From the NCBI GenBank assembly GCA_963848285.1, contig CAWKCZ010000007.1:361597-425596 (forward strand): DNA of 64,000 nucleotides, in the 5' to 3' direction. The DNA comes from an uncultured delta proteobacterium. Its GTDB lineage: Bacteria > Desulfobacterota > Binatia > Binatales > Binataceae. Positions 33,472 through 43,897 of the stretch are shown here, piece by piece. The first letter of the stretch is position 1. Every line of letters starts with the position of its first letter. The notes under the pieces were generated by a model. That model worked only from the letters and a program-made list of their open reading frames with translations, ran no database searches and was not told where the DNA came from. The position numbers were made by a program, and so were the translations under genes.

Positions 33472-34330
33472 GCAACATCAAGGTGATTCGGAATCCGCGC
33501 GAGATGATGGATTTCGCCGACGCAGCTCGCGCGCGCGGCGAGCGCATCGGCTTCGTGCCCACCATGGGTTACCTGCACGAGGGCCATCTGAGCCTGATGC
33601 GCGAGGCGCACCGGCGTGACCGAGCACGGTGGTCGCGTCGATCTTCGTGAATCCCGACGCAGTTCGCGCCCAACGAGGACCTCTCGCAGCTATCCACGCG
33701 ACTTCGCGCGCGACTGCGCGATGATGGAAACCGTGCCGGTCGAGGTGGTCTTCGCGCCCGAAGCTCCCGACATGTATCTGCCGGGCGCGCAGACCTGGGT
33801 CGAGGTCACCGAGGTGACTCGCGGTCTATGTGGCAAGGGACGGCCGGGGCATTTTCGCGGCGTCACCACGGTGGTGGCGAAGCTGTTCAACATCGTGAAG
33901 CCGCACCTCGCGTTTTTCGGCGAGAAGGATTTTCAGCAACTGCGCGCGATTCAGCGGATGGTGGCGGATTTGAATTTCGACGTCGAGATCGTGCCGATGC
34001 CGATTGTGCGCGAGCGCCGACCACCTCGCGATGTCGTCGCGCAACGCGTATCTGACGCTGGAGCAGCATTGCGATGCGCTCGCGCTGAGTGGCGCGATCG
34101 CGGCGGTGCGCAAGAATTTCGCGTGCGCGGGCAGCCCGAGGAGCTGGTGCAGACTGGCGACGAAGAGTTCTCAGACCGGCCCGGCATCGCGATCGAGTAC
34201 GTCGAAGTGGTCGATGCGGAGACGCTGTAGCCCGCGACCTCGTTGGAGGTGCCGGTGGTGATGGCGATCGCGGCGCGGGTCGGCAAAACGCGCCTCATCG
34301 ACAACGTGGTGCTGACGCGGGAAACCTAAC
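33468..34330 (+). CDS. panC: Pantoate--beta-alanine ligase; about 4 frameshifts
   Basis: [47 protein letters not shown] / ...[18 protein letters not shown]... / ...[65 protein letters not shown] / ...[12 protein letters not shown] / ...[17 protein letters not shown]. Confidence 0.8.
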
Positions 34331-34370
34331 CCCCAGCCCCTTCCCCTTTAGGGAAGGGGAGAAGAGAAAA
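34321..34370. repeat. REP-like palindrome ACCTAACCCCCAGCCCCTTCCCCTTTAGGGAAGGGGAG
   Basis: Same family as the units at 2196, 7147 and 7797. Confidence 0.65.
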
Positions 34371-34427
34371 GGTAATGGTGGCCGGCGTTCAGCGGACGTC
34401 CCGCACTAAGCTTGAACCTGTCCACCG

Positions 34428-34640
34428 CATGTCATCCTGACGTGAGCGAAGTTCGGTGTTTGTCATCCTGACGTGAGCGGAAGCGCGCTGCGGAAGGATC
34501 TCGAAACGTGGAGAGCCGCGATCGTGGACCTCGGCGCGGACGTTCGAGCGTGGTCGCATTCGATTCGGAGTGCGATGGCATTCCACGAGTTGAAGTTCTT
34601 CAGCTGCGCCGCGCAGCGGCTCACTTCAGAATGACAACGA
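34428..34640. mobile_element. MITE-like element: two tandem GTCATCCTGACGTGAGCG units plus GGAAGGATCTCGAAAC (34428-34505), and an inverted divergent copy (34573-34640)
   Basis: Read directly from the sequence; same family as 11503-11730. Small ORFs here give EILPQRASAHVRMT and EVLQLRRAAAHFRMT. Confidence 0.55.
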
Positions 34641-34648
34641 GGGCGTGG

Positions 34649-35410
34649 TTACTTCGCGCCGAGGAGGTTGGCGAGGCGCGTCAGCTCGGCCGGATCGACA
34701 TCGGAGATCGCCCAGTACGTCATCCCCGAATGCGTCCAGTTCGCGAGGTGATAGCCATGATCGTTGGACCACCGCGGCTGCGGCAATGCGTCATCATCCT
34801 CGCGCGTCGGCCACACAAACACATTGATGATGTGGCGTGACGCTGATACACGAGCGCGGACACCGGCATGCCCGCGGCATAGTCGAGGCGTCCGCCAAGC
34901 AGCTTGAAGCCGTCGCTCGCGAGGTCGTCCACCGGCGGCGCGTAGTCGAGCTTGCCGGTGAACCACGGCTTCACCGTATGCCGATCTTCCGAGGCGACAT
35001 CCGACAGATGATTCGCCATCAGCGAGCGGACGTGGTCGGCGACGATTTCGTTTTCGAGATTGGGCGACGGCCCGCGCCTGCAGCATCCACGCGTTCCATC
35101 CCAGGGTCACGAACAGCGTGAGCGAAGCCGCCATCGCGATACCGCGCCACGGCATCGGACGCGGCAGACGCGCCTGGCGAAAGTCCGGAGGACGGGTGGT
35201 GAGTTGCGCCTCGACCAGTTTTCGCAAGGCTGCCGGCGCGGCGTGGCGCGGCGCCTTGACCAGGACCTCGCTCAGCGCGGAGCGCGCGCCCGAGATGGCG
35301 GAGCATCCCGGGCATTCCTCGAGATGACGCTCCATGGCGGCACTGCGCGGCGCGTCGAGCTCGCCGTCATACCACGCATCGAGGAGGTTTTGAGCTTCGT
35401 CGCAAGTCAC
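34649..35410 (-). CDS. Anti-sigma factor (zinc-finger type) with a C-terminal periplasmic domain; 2 frameshifts
   Basis: [37 protein letters not shown]...; C-terminal pieces ...[47 protein letters not shown] / ...[14 protein letters not shown]...[23 protein letters not shown]. Confidence 0.65.
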   Translation of the reverse strand: MTCDEAQNLLDAWYDGELDAPRSAAMERHLEECPGCSAISGARSALSEVLVKAPRHAAPAALRKLVEAQLTTRPPDFRQARLPRPMPWRGIAMAASLTLFVTLGWNAWMLQARAVAQSRKRNRRRPRPLADGESSVGCRLGRSAYGEAVVHRQARLRAAGGRPRERRLQAAWRTPRLCRGHAGVRARVSASRHIINVFVWPTREDDDALPQPRWSNDHGYHLANWTHSGMTYWAISDVDPAELTRLANLLGAK

Positions 35411-35961
35411 GTTGATGATCCCATCCGGCGCGTGATGGCGCGGGTCAGATGATCGCGCGCGCGAGCCAGCCGCGACATTACGGTGCCGACCGGCGCGCCG
35501 GTCACCCGCGCAATCTCCTTATAGGATAAATCCTCGAACTCGCGAAGGACAATGACCTCGCGAAATTCGACCGCGAGCTCCTCGAGCGCCTCGGTGACGA
35601 TGCGCGCGTCGGCGCCACGAATCAGCTGCGCTTCGGGACTGGGATGTTCCTGCTCCTGATGCATCTCCTCATCGAATGGAACCGCGCTTTCGGCCGCAAT
35701 ATTCCCCTTGCGCATCGAAAAAAAAGTGTTGCGCACGATCGCGAGCAGCCACGCGCGCGGATTCTGCCCGCTGAAGCTGTCGCCGTACCGCAAGGCGCGC
35801 AGCACGGCTTCCTGCGCGATGTCATCGGCATCGTGATCGTTGCGGCAGAGCCAGCGCGCGAAGTTATGGGCGGCATCGAGATGCGGCAGGACGACCTCGG
35901 CGATGCGCTCGTTGCCGGGGGGCTTGGCAGGCTGCCCGAAAGAATAAATCCGCGCCTTCAT
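35407..35961 (-). CDS. RNA polymerase ECF-type sigma-70 factor; intact
   Basis: ...DIAQEAVLRALRYGDSF...LREFEDLSYKEIARVTGAPVGTVMSRLARARDHL. Its stop overlaps the anti-sigma start (ATGA). Confidence 0.8.
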   Translation of the reverse strand: MKARIYSFGQPAKPPGNERIAEVVLPHLDAAHNFARWLCRNDHDADDIAQEAVLRALRYGDSFSGQNPRAWLLAIVRNTFFSMRKGNIAAESAVPFDEEMHQEQEHPSPEAQLIRGADARIVTEALEELAVEFREVIVLREFEDLSYKEIARVTGAPVGTVMSRLARARDHLTRAITRRMGSST

Positions 35962-36019
35962 TGGGGATCATAGTCCATGCGATGGTGCATCGAGTGTCAA
36001 CGCGTCGCGAGCGGCGAGC

Positions 36020-36195
36020 AAAAAAAGGAGCGAAGCGATCAAGGATTCTAACGGGATGGTAGAACCACCCTCTACAGTTCGGCAGGTCGCACGAAATTTC
36101 GAGCCTTGGTAGCCGGCCGCCAGCGTGACCAGCCGTAGGGGTCGGTTCTACCGACCCGATGGAATCCTGGATCGCGCAGCGGTCATCGTGATTGA
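36020..36195. repeat. Roughly 170-bp imperfect palindromic element, copy 1 (AAAAAAAGGAGCGAAGCGATCAAGGATTCTAACGGGATGGTAGAACCACCCTCTACAGTTCGG ... CCGTAGGGGTCGGTTCTACCGACCCGATGGAATCCTGGATCGCGCAGCGGTCATCGTG)
   Basis: The two arms are inverted repeats (AGGATTC/GAATCCT; GGTAGAACC/GGTTCTACC; CCCTCTACAG/CCGTAGGGG). Copies also at 36602-36750 and 62003-62246. Confidence 0.6.
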
Positions 36196-36236
36196 CTGAG
36201 CGTCGCCGATGTTGATCGCAATCGGATAGCGAACCA

Positions 36237-36626
36237 ATGACCCATCGTGAGAAAGTTGATCTACTGACGTCGGAACTCACGGCGAAGGGCGTTAAACAAG
36301 GACTCATTGCGCCGCCCATCTACCGATGGCTGTGGGCGCTCGGATTCGAAACACCACCGCCACTTTTCGGACAATCAGTTGAAGTCGTCTGTCTGATGGG
36401 CGTGCTTGCCGCGGTTGCAATGGGCTCGATCTATTGGCTCACCGGCCTGCCGGACTTTTTCTGGCGAGCGACGCTATTTGGCGGATCAATCGCGGTAACA
36501 ATGGGGTCATTTTTTTATGTCTACTTTCGCTGGAAAGCGAAGCGGCTCGGCCTTCCGGCCTGGGAAGAATATGGGCGCGCCGCAGATGCTCCCGGCTCCA
36601 TAAAAAAGGAGCGAAGCGATCCATGA
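36237..36626 (+). CDS. Small hypothetical membrane protein (3-4 TM); intact; its 3' end is encoded by repeat copy 2
   Basis: MTHREKVDLLTSELTAKGVKQGLIAPPIYRWLWALGFETPPPLFGQSVEVVCLMGVLAAVAMGSIYWLTGLPDFFWRATLFGGSIAVTMGSFFYVYFRW... Confidence 0.4.
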   Translation: MTHREKVDLLTSELTAKGVKQGLIAPPIYRWLWALGFETPPPLFGQSVEVVCLMGVLAAVAMGSIYWLTGLPDFFWRATLFGGSIAVTMGSFFYVYFRWKAKRLGLPAWEEYGRAADAPGSIKKERSDP

Positions 36627-36750
36627 TTCTAACGGGGTGGTAGAACCACCCCCTACAGTTCGAGGGGCGATAGCGAATTTTCGAGATTGGGGCGCTTTGT
36701 ACCTGACCCGTCGGAATCCTCGATCGCGCAGCGTCACTTGGATCGCCGTT
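36602..36750. repeat. Roughly 170-bp palindromic element, copy 2 (about 75% identical to copy 1)
   Basis: AAAAAAGGAGCGAAGCGATCCATGATTCTAACGGGGTGGTAGAACCACCCCCTACAGTTCGAGG ... GACCCGTCGGAATCCTCGATCGCGCAGCGTCAC. Confidence 0.6.
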
Positions 36751-36760
36751 CGTGTCGACG

Positions 36761-37828
36761 TCACAACAACTTCGCGAGGTCTGCGGTCTCCTTCACCAGC
36801 CGCGCGACCAAATCCGCGGCGGGCATCGCGCGCGCCAGTGGTGCTGCCTGACCGGCCCACAATGACAACCGATCTGCATCGCCCAGCTTCGCCGCCGCGG
36901 TGCGCATCGGGCGGGTCAGGTTGTTCTGCGCGGGATATGACAGAAGGTCGCGCGTATGCTCTTTCATCTCGAGGGCGAAGGCATTCGCGAGGCCACGCGC
37001 CATCCGTCCGCTGAATGCGCGCGTGAGCAGTGTCGCGTCATCGCGCGCCGCCAGCACCGCATTTTTGTAAGCCGGCGATGCGCCGCTTTCCGGGCACGTG
37101 AGGAACGCAGTCCCCATCTGCACACCGCTCGCACCGAGGGCAGCCGCTGCGACGATGCCGCGGCCATCCATGATGCCGCCCGATGCGATGACCGGCAGTG
37201 GAGTCGCATCGGCGACTTGCGGCACCAGCGCCATCGTGCCGATGAGGCTGTCTTCGGACGGCGCCAAGAAAGTTCCGCGATGCGCGCCGGCTTCGCTGCC
37301 CTGCGCGATGATCGCATCGACCCCGGCCGTATGCAGCGCGCGCGCCTCAGCCACCGTGGTCGCGGTGCCCATCAGCCTGGTGCCGCGTGCTTTCAGCTTC
37401 GCAATGAGGTCCGGCGCGGGGATGCCGAAGGTGAAGCTGAAGATGGGTACCTTCGCGTCGAGGACCACCTGCACCTGCTCCTCGAATCGCGGCAGGAAGT
37501 CGTCGGGAGTGGTCGGCGCGGGAAGGCCGAGGCGCGCATGATGGGGCATCATCAGTTCGAGCATGCGACGAGGGTCGCGGGCGCCGGTGCCATCGGAGCC
37601 GCCTGCGAACAGATTGACCGCGAATGGCCGGGCCGTCAGCGCGCGAATCTGCGCGATCGATTCCGCGATTTGCGCGGGCCTCATATAGCCGGCGCCCATC
37701 GATCCGAGCCCTCCCGCATTGGACACGGCAGCAACGAGCGCGGGCGTGCTGGTTCCTCCCGCCATCGGCGCGAGGATGAGGGCGTGTTCGATTCCGAGCG
37801 TGGAAGCGAAATTTTGATATCGATGCAT
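36761..37828 (-). CDS. Nitronate monooxygenase (2-nitropropane dioxygenase, FMN TIM barrel); intact
   Basis: MHRYQNFASTLGIEHALILAPMAGGTSTPALVAAVSNAGGLGSMGAGY... Confidence 0.8.
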   Translation of the reverse strand: MHRYQNFASTLGIEHALILAPMAGGTSTPALVAAVSNAGGLGSMGAGYMRPAQIAESIAQIRALTARPFAVNLFAGGSDGTGARDPRRMLELMMPHHARLGLPAPTTPDDFLPRFEEQVQVVLDAKVPIFSFTFGIPAPDLIAKLKARGTRLMGTATTVAEARALHTAGVDAIIAQGSEAGAHRGTFLAPSEDSLIGTMALVPQVADATPLPVIASGGIMDGRGIVAAAALGASGVQMGTAFLTCPESGASPAYKNAVLAARDDATLLTRAFSGRMARGLANAFALEMKEHTRDLLSYPAQNNLTRPMRTAAAKLGDADRLSLWAGQAAPLARAMPAADLVARLVKETADLAKLL

Positions 37829-38092
37829 ATCGAAATTCCTCGATTCATTTTAGACCTACCGCCGAGCCTCTTCGATTGAAGAAGCGCAGCAGACGGCGAT
37901 TTTTCCCTTCACCTTTTCTCGGTGTCGTTGGGCGGGGAAGGGCAGCCGGCGCAAGCTGCGCTCGTGATTATCTCAGCCATCCCACGGTTCAACAGACAGA
38001 AAACATTCGGAACGCCTGCTGTTAATTCCAATCAGATGCCGGCCTCCAGATTTTGAGTCGCGCGCGATGCGGGCAACGGATATACAGATCAG

Positions 38093-39055
38093 ATGAGCGA
38101 TAAAAATACCTCATCGAAATTCGGGGCAAGGTCGACGGCGCGCGAGGTCGTCTCGGGCCACGATTTGCGCGGGCGTGAGGCGATTGTGACCGGTGGCGCC
38201 TCGGGCATCGGCATCGAGACGGTGCGAGCCCTTGCCGAAGCAGACGCGCGCGTCGTCATCGCCACCCGCGATCGGTCCAAGGGCGAGGGCGTCGCTGCGA
38301 CGTTGCGCAAGGAGACCGGCAAGGACGCGATCGAATTCGCGATGCTCGATCTAGGCTCTCTCAAATCGGTGCGCGCGTTCGTCGCACAAATCCTCGCGAC
38401 CGGACGCCCGCTGCATCTGCTCATCAACAATGCCGGCATCATGGCCACCCCGCAGGCCTACACCGAAGAAGGATTCGAATCGCAGTTCGGCACCAATCAC
38501 ATCGGGCATTTTGCGCTCACTGTCGGTCTGCATCCGGCGCTGAAGAAAGCCGGCAAGGCGCGGGTGGTCGAGCTGACTTCGATCGGCCACCGGCGTTCGG
38601 ATGTGGTTTTCGACGACCTCAACTTCCGAAACCGCGCCTACGAGCGATGGTCCGCCTATGGGCAGTCGAAGACTGCCAATGCGCTGTTCGCGGTCGAAGC
38701 GAATCGGCGCTGGGCGGGCGATGGCATCGTTGCAAACTCTGTGCATCCGGGCGGCATCATGAGCGGGCTGCAGAAATTCGTTCCGCGCGAGGAGCAACTC
38801 GCGATGGGATGGATTGACGAAGCCGGCAACGTGAATCCGCGTTTCAAGTCACCGGAGCAGGGCGCGGCAACCTCGATGTATGCTGCGGTCGCACCCGAGC
38901 TCGAAGGCAACGGCGGCCACTATCTCGAAGATTGTGGCATCGCGAAACCGTGGACGGCAGAAAATCCTTTTGCGGGAGTGATGCCGTATGCGCTCGACGT
39001 CGAGCATGCGAAGAGGTTGTGGGACGTCTCGCTGGAAGCGATCGCGAAAGTCTAG
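38093..39055 (+). CDS. SDR-family oxidoreductase (WWOX/retinol-dehydrogenase-like); intact
   Basis: ...AIVTGGASGIGIETVRALAEADARVVIATRD...YGQSKTANALF... Confidence 0.75.
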   Translation: MSDKNTSSKFGARSTAREVVSGHDLRGREAIVTGGASGIGIETVRALAEADARVVIATRDRSKGEGVAATLRKETGKDAIEFAMLDLGSLKSVRAFVAQILATGRPLHLLINNAGIMATPQAYTEEGFESQFGTNHIGHFALTVGLHPALKKAGKARVVELTSIGHRRSDVVFDDLNFRNRAYERWSAYGQSKTANALFAVEANRRWAGDGIVANSVHPGGIMSGLQKFVPREEQLAMGWIDEAGNVNPRFKSPEQGAATSMYAAVAPELEGNGGHYLEDCGIAKPWTAENPFAGVMPYALDVEHAKRLWDVSLEAIAKV

Positions 39056-39081
39056 TAACTGTCTGTCGCAGGAGGAGCAAT

Positions 39082-39675
39082 ATGAGTGCGGATTCAACCG
39101 GCAATGGCAACAAGGGAAAAATCAATCCTCCGAGGCTTTCGCATGTAGTTCTGCGGACCACGCGGCTCCAGCCGATGATCGAATGGTACACGACGGTGTT
39201 GAAGGCGCAGGCCCTGTTCCAAAATGAGTTCGCGGCTTTTTTGACCCACGATGACGAGCATCATCGGATCGCGCTGTTTGCGATTCCCGGCACCGTCGAG
39301 AAGACGCAACACAGTGCCGGGCTCGACCACATCGCATTTTTCTATCCGACCATCGGCGACTGGATCGCGAGTTACGAGCGGCTCAAGGCAGCTGGAATCA
39401 CGCCGCACGGCGCGATGCATCATGGAGTCACGATGTCAATTTACTATCGCGACCCTGATAATAACGGCGTCGAGTTAGCGATCGACAGCATGCCCAAATC
39501 GCAATGGCATGAGTGGATGCGCAACGAGCTCGGCAAAAATCTGATGGGCGCGGCCCTGGATCCTGACGAGATCGCGCAAAGGTTTCATGCCGGCGCACCG
39601 GAAGCCGAGCTGCTTCGATTCGCGCCGGCAGCCAAAGGCGATTACGAGCAAACCCTCCGCCGCCTGATGGAATAA
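39082..39675 (+). CDS. VOC-family protein (glyoxalase / extradiol-dioxygenase fold); intact
   Basis: ...LSHVVLRTTRLQPMIEWYTTVLKA...HHRIALFAIPG...GLDHIAFFYPTIGDWIASYERLKAAGITP... Confidence 0.65.
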   Translation: MSADSTGNGNKGKINPPRLSHVVLRTTRLQPMIEWYTTVLKAQALFQNEFAAFLTHDDEHHRIALFAIPGTVEKTQHSAGLDHIAFFYPTIGDWIASYERLKAAGITPHGAMHHGVTMSIYYRDPDNNGVELAIDSMPKSQWHEWMRNELGKNLMGAALDPDEIAQRFHAGAPEAELLRFAPAAKGDYEQTLRRLME

Positions 39676-39685
39676 CTGAGGCGAA

Positions 39686-40459
39686 ATGATCATGCCGAGC
39701 GGGTCCGAAATCGTTGCCGAGCTCATCGATGGAAATGGCTACGCGCTGTTGCCGAATCTGATCGGCCGCGCCGAGACCGCTGAAGCTCGACGCATCATTC
39801 TCGAATGCAGCGAGACCGCACTGGTCAAGGGCCTGCCCGGGCGAAATGCGGCGACAGGGCAACGCACCGTGGCGAAGCTGCTCCATCGCGGTGAGATTTT
39901 CGAACGACTCGTGCAGCATCCGAGGCTCATCGAGGTCGCGGAAACTCTGCTCGGCGATGACATGACTCTGAGTTCCTACGCCGCGCGCATCCTGGAGCCG
40001 GGTGCGCGCGAGATGGGCGCGCACATCGACTATCCATACTGGGCGATGCGCGGTCCCTTCAATATGCGCCCACCGCTGATGCTGCAGGTCATTTGGATGA
40101 TGCAGGACTTCACCGAAGAGAACGGCGCAACGCTGGTCGTTCCTGGAAGCCAGCGCCGCGGAGTTGCGCCCGATGCGGCAGGCTTTGCACGCGAGGCGAT
40201 CCCGATCACGGGAGTCGCAGGGAGCGCGATCGTCTCGCACGGCCTGCTATGGCATAACACCTCGCCCAACCGGACCGGGGAGCCGCGCGTCTCGATGCTG
40301 ATCAACTACGGGGCAAAGATCATTCGGCCGATGGAGCCGAAGATCGCAGAGGCTCCGCCGCAGGTGCTGGGGCGCGCGAGCGAAAAAATGCGGCAATTAC
40401 TCGGGCTGACTTTCGAGGACTCATTGAAGCGCGACATCACTCGTCGCTACCAAAGCTGA
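39686..40459 (+). CDS. Phytanoyl-CoA dioxygenase (PhyH)-family Fe(II)/2-oxoglutarate oxygenase; intact
   Basis: ...GAHIDYPYWAM...TEENGATLVVPGSQRRG...HGLLWHNTSPNRTGEPRVSMLINY... Confidence 0.75.
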   Translation: MIMPSGSEIVAELIDGNGYALLPNLIGRAETAEARRIILECSETALVKGLPGRNAATGQRTVAKLLHRGEIFERLVQHPRLIEVAETLLGDDMTLSSYAARILEPGAREMGAHIDYPYWAMRGPFNMRPPLMLQVIWMMQDFTEENGATLVVPGSQRRGVAPDAAGFAREAIPITGVAGSAIVSHGLLWHNTSPNRTGEPRVSMLINYGAKIIRPMEPKIAEAPPQVLGRASEKMRQLLGLTFEDSLKRDITRRYQS

Positions 40460-40482
40460 TCATTCCACCGCCGGTGGACAAC

Positions 40483-41082
40483 TCATTTACCGCCGCCGGC
40501 GAACCCCGCCGCAGGTGAGCCCGCGCTACGCTTGTTCGCGCGGTTGGACTTGGCGCCCACGGAGGCCGTCGTTTCAGGTTGGTAAGACTGGCATCGCACC
40601 GCGACCTCGCGGGTGCGAGGACCATCTAGTTCGACCATGAACACGCGCTGCCAGGTTCCCAGCGCGAGGCGCGAATCGATGACCGGAATCGTTTCGCTGG
40701 TGGACAGCAGCAGATGCATCAGGTGCGAATGCCCGTTGGCGCGTTCGTCGACTGCAATCGGGGGCTTGCGGCGGCTCATGTCGTTGTGGTTGTACGCGTG
40801 CTCGACCGGGCACAAGCGATGTAGAAAATGTTTGAAATCCTCGAGCAGGAGTTCCTCGGCCTCGTTGATTTTGATCGCTGCGGTGGTATGCCGCGAAAAC
40901 ACTGTGACCGCACCGTCGCGGATGTTCTCGCGACGCAAATGTTCGTTGATTTGATCGGTCAGATCGATGAATTCGATCGGCTCGGTAGTAGCAATAGTGA
41001 ACAAAATGTTGGAGACCGCGATTGACTGAACCGAAGCTGATCCCGCTTCAGAACTAATCCGGGTTCTCATCAGATGACTCAT
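40483..41082 (-). CDS. yjbQ: YjbQ/UPF0047-family protein (secondary thiamine-phosphate synthase-like); possible C-terminal frameshift or extension
   Basis: ...TVFSRHTTAAIKINEAEELLLEDFKHFLHRLCPVEHAYNHND...ANGHSHLMHLLLSTSETIPVIDSRLALGTWQRVFMVELDGPRTREVAV. Confidence 0.65.
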   Translation of the reverse strand: MSHLMRTRISSEAGSASVQSIAVSNILFTIATTEPIEFIDLTDQINEHLRRENIRDGAVTVFSRHTTAAIKINEAEELLLEDFKHFLHRLCPVEHAYNHNDMSRRKPPIAVDERANGHSHLMHLLLSTSETIPVIDSRLALGTWQRVFMVELDGPRTREVAVRCQSYQPETTASVGAKSNRANKRSAGSPAAGFAGGGK

Positions 41083-41308
41083 ACATCCCCCGCAACGACC
41101 GCCACGAAGCGTTGATTGACCGAAAGGTCAGAGCATCCAGTATGGCGAGGCGGCAAAGAGCGGCAATAGTGCGGAGGGCTTTCTGACCGACTAACCGGCT
41201 GCATGGTCAGTCGGTCAAACCAATGCTGACTGGAAAGCGTTAGCGGTGTTCTCGCTCACTACGAGAGGTGCGCGATGGCGGATTTGGATCGTCGAAGGAG
41301 AGTGATCG

Positions 41309-42347
<1,039 letters not shown>

Positions 42348-42348
42348 C

Positions 42349-42714
42349 CTAGTCGCCTTTCATGAGGCGATGCGAATCGCTGTTGAAATGCTGGGTGGAA
42401 AACTCGTACAGCTCGGCGTCCTCGAGCGCTTCCATCTGATGCACCAGGCCCGGCGGAATATCCATGCATTCGCCGGGATTGAGGACGAACTGCTCGATTT
42501 CCTCGGCGTCCGCCGACTCCTTGATGGTCACCCGCAAGCGTCCGGCGCGCAGGAAGAATGATTCGGTCTTGAGCTTATGAAAGTGCAGCGAGCATCGCTT
42601 GCCCTTGTTGATTTCGAGGATTTTCCCGCAATAGAGCTCGTTGTTGGCGAGCCACACCTCGCGGCCCCATCCTTTGGGTTCGATATGAACCGGCTGTCGT
42701 ACGCGATTCTTCAT
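42349..42714 (-). CDS. Cupin-domain protein (sugar isomerase/epimerase-like) adjacent to gmd; intact
   Basis: ...[49 protein letters not shown]... Confidence 0.45.
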   Translation of the reverse strand: MKNRVRQPVHIEPKGWGREVWLANNELYCGKILEINKGKRCSLHFHKLKTESFFLRAGRLRVTIKESADAEEIEQFVLNPGECMDIPPGLVHQMEALEDAELYEFSTQHFNSDSHRLMKGD

Positions 42715-42766
42715 CAGTTTGCCCCGGAAATAGTATCTGCACCGAGGCCCGATGAGTCCATACTTC

Positions 42767-43858
42767 CTATTTAGTCTGCGCCTCGATAGTCAGTGGAAGC
42801 TGAAAGCGCAGGGTCTGCGGCGGTTCGCATACGGTGTCGCTGCAGGCCTGGAAGCGCAGGGTACCTTCGATTTTGTATGACCCCGGCTCAATGCGCTTGC
42901 CCAGCGCCTCCATAAATTTTATCGGCGCGGGCGGGCTCCACTTGATGCCGAGCTTGCCGAGGGCGCTAATTTTTCCTTCATACACCGGCAGGGTTTCGCC
43001 CAGCGCCTTGAGGAGCACCGGCTTGGCTGCCGGCATCTCCAGCGATTGCTCGTCCACCAGCGGGCCCTCGAATTTCAGCTCAATAGACTGATAGTTATCA
43101 GGAAGCGGGGTGCCGTAGACATGCCATCCGGGCTGGAGGTTAACCTCCAGCGCGACGCCCAACTCCTGTCCGGGGAAGCATCGATCGGTCGAGAGGCCAA
43201 TGATCGCGGTGAGCACATCGGTTTTGATTTCGAGGGAATTTGGCGCCGCCGCCATCCCGCCCCGGCGCAACGTAAACTGCGTCACCGACGGACGATGCTC
43301 GTAGTTCTCGAGGAATACCTTATCCAGCACAGTGCCATCGGGCGCGAGGAGGAAATCGCCCGGCCACGGCATCCCATACATCATTTTGTGGTCTTCGGGG
43401 ACGTTGGTGTTGAGGATGCCGAATGCGCGGATTACCTTGCTGCCGACATCGGACAGCAGCGGATACTCGATGTGGTTGGCGTCACTGAAACGCTTGAGGA
43501 TTTCCCGCGAATCATAAGTGATCGACGCGACATTGATGCCCTGCGCTTTGAGATTCTTGAGCGAGTATTGCAGCTCGACGAGCTGGTTGCGGCAGTAGGG
43601 TCACCAATCGGCGCTGCGGCTGAAGATGAGCGCGAGCCCGTTTGACCCCATCAAATCCTTGAGCGCAAGCATCCGGCCATTCTGGTCGGGCAGCGCAAAG
43701 TCCGGAACCTTGGCGCCAATCGCGGGACCGGTTTGATAGCCGTGATTCTGCGCCGCGACGAATTCAAGCCAATCATCGGTGGTGATATCGGCGCCGCCCG
43801 CGCCCATGCGAGGAATCATATCGCGAAGTATCGAGGCTCTGGTTTTAGTTTCCATCAC
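42767..43858 (-). CDS. Candidate selenoprotein: Prx/Bcp-like redoxin domain fused to a DsbD-N(alpha)-like domain; in-frame TGA at 43601-43603 inside the redox motif W-U-P-Y-C
   Basis: ORFs 43601..43858 and 42767..43384 are in the same frame, separated only by TGA: ...GAKVPDFALPDQNGRMLALKDLMGSNGLALIFSRSADW-[TGA]-PYCRNQLVELQYSLKNLKAQGINVASITYDSREILKRFSDANHIEYPLLSDVGSKVIRAFGIL...; the C-terminal domain carries QACSDTVCEPP. Hairpin CAGCUCGUCGAGCUG lies 15 nt downstream of the UGA. Confidence 0.55.
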
Positions 43859-43897
43859 CGGTCTCCTTGAAATTCCGGATTTGTTTGAAGCTGCCGG

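Noticed and set aside
34428-34505. Possible hammerhead ribozyme (CUGA...GAAAC within the GTCATCCTGACGUGAGCG...CGAAAC repeat)
   Set aside because: The CUGAUGA box is not intact (CUGACGUGA / CUGAUGCA), and stem II and III partners could not be drawn. It is more consistent with MITE terminal repeats.
36020-36750. Riboswitch or tRNA-like identity for the 170-bp palindromic element
   Set aside because: No B12-box, SAM, TPP, glycine or guanidine signature motifs are present, and there is no tRNA cloverleaf or T-loop consensus. It is kept as an unclassified structured repeat.
40483-40620. C-terminal 40-aa extension of the YjbQ ORF as a real domain
   Set aside because: The YjbQ fold ends at ...ELDGPRTREVAV. 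The low-complexity tail (RANKRSAGSPAAGFAGGGK) probably results from a frameshift or missed stop.
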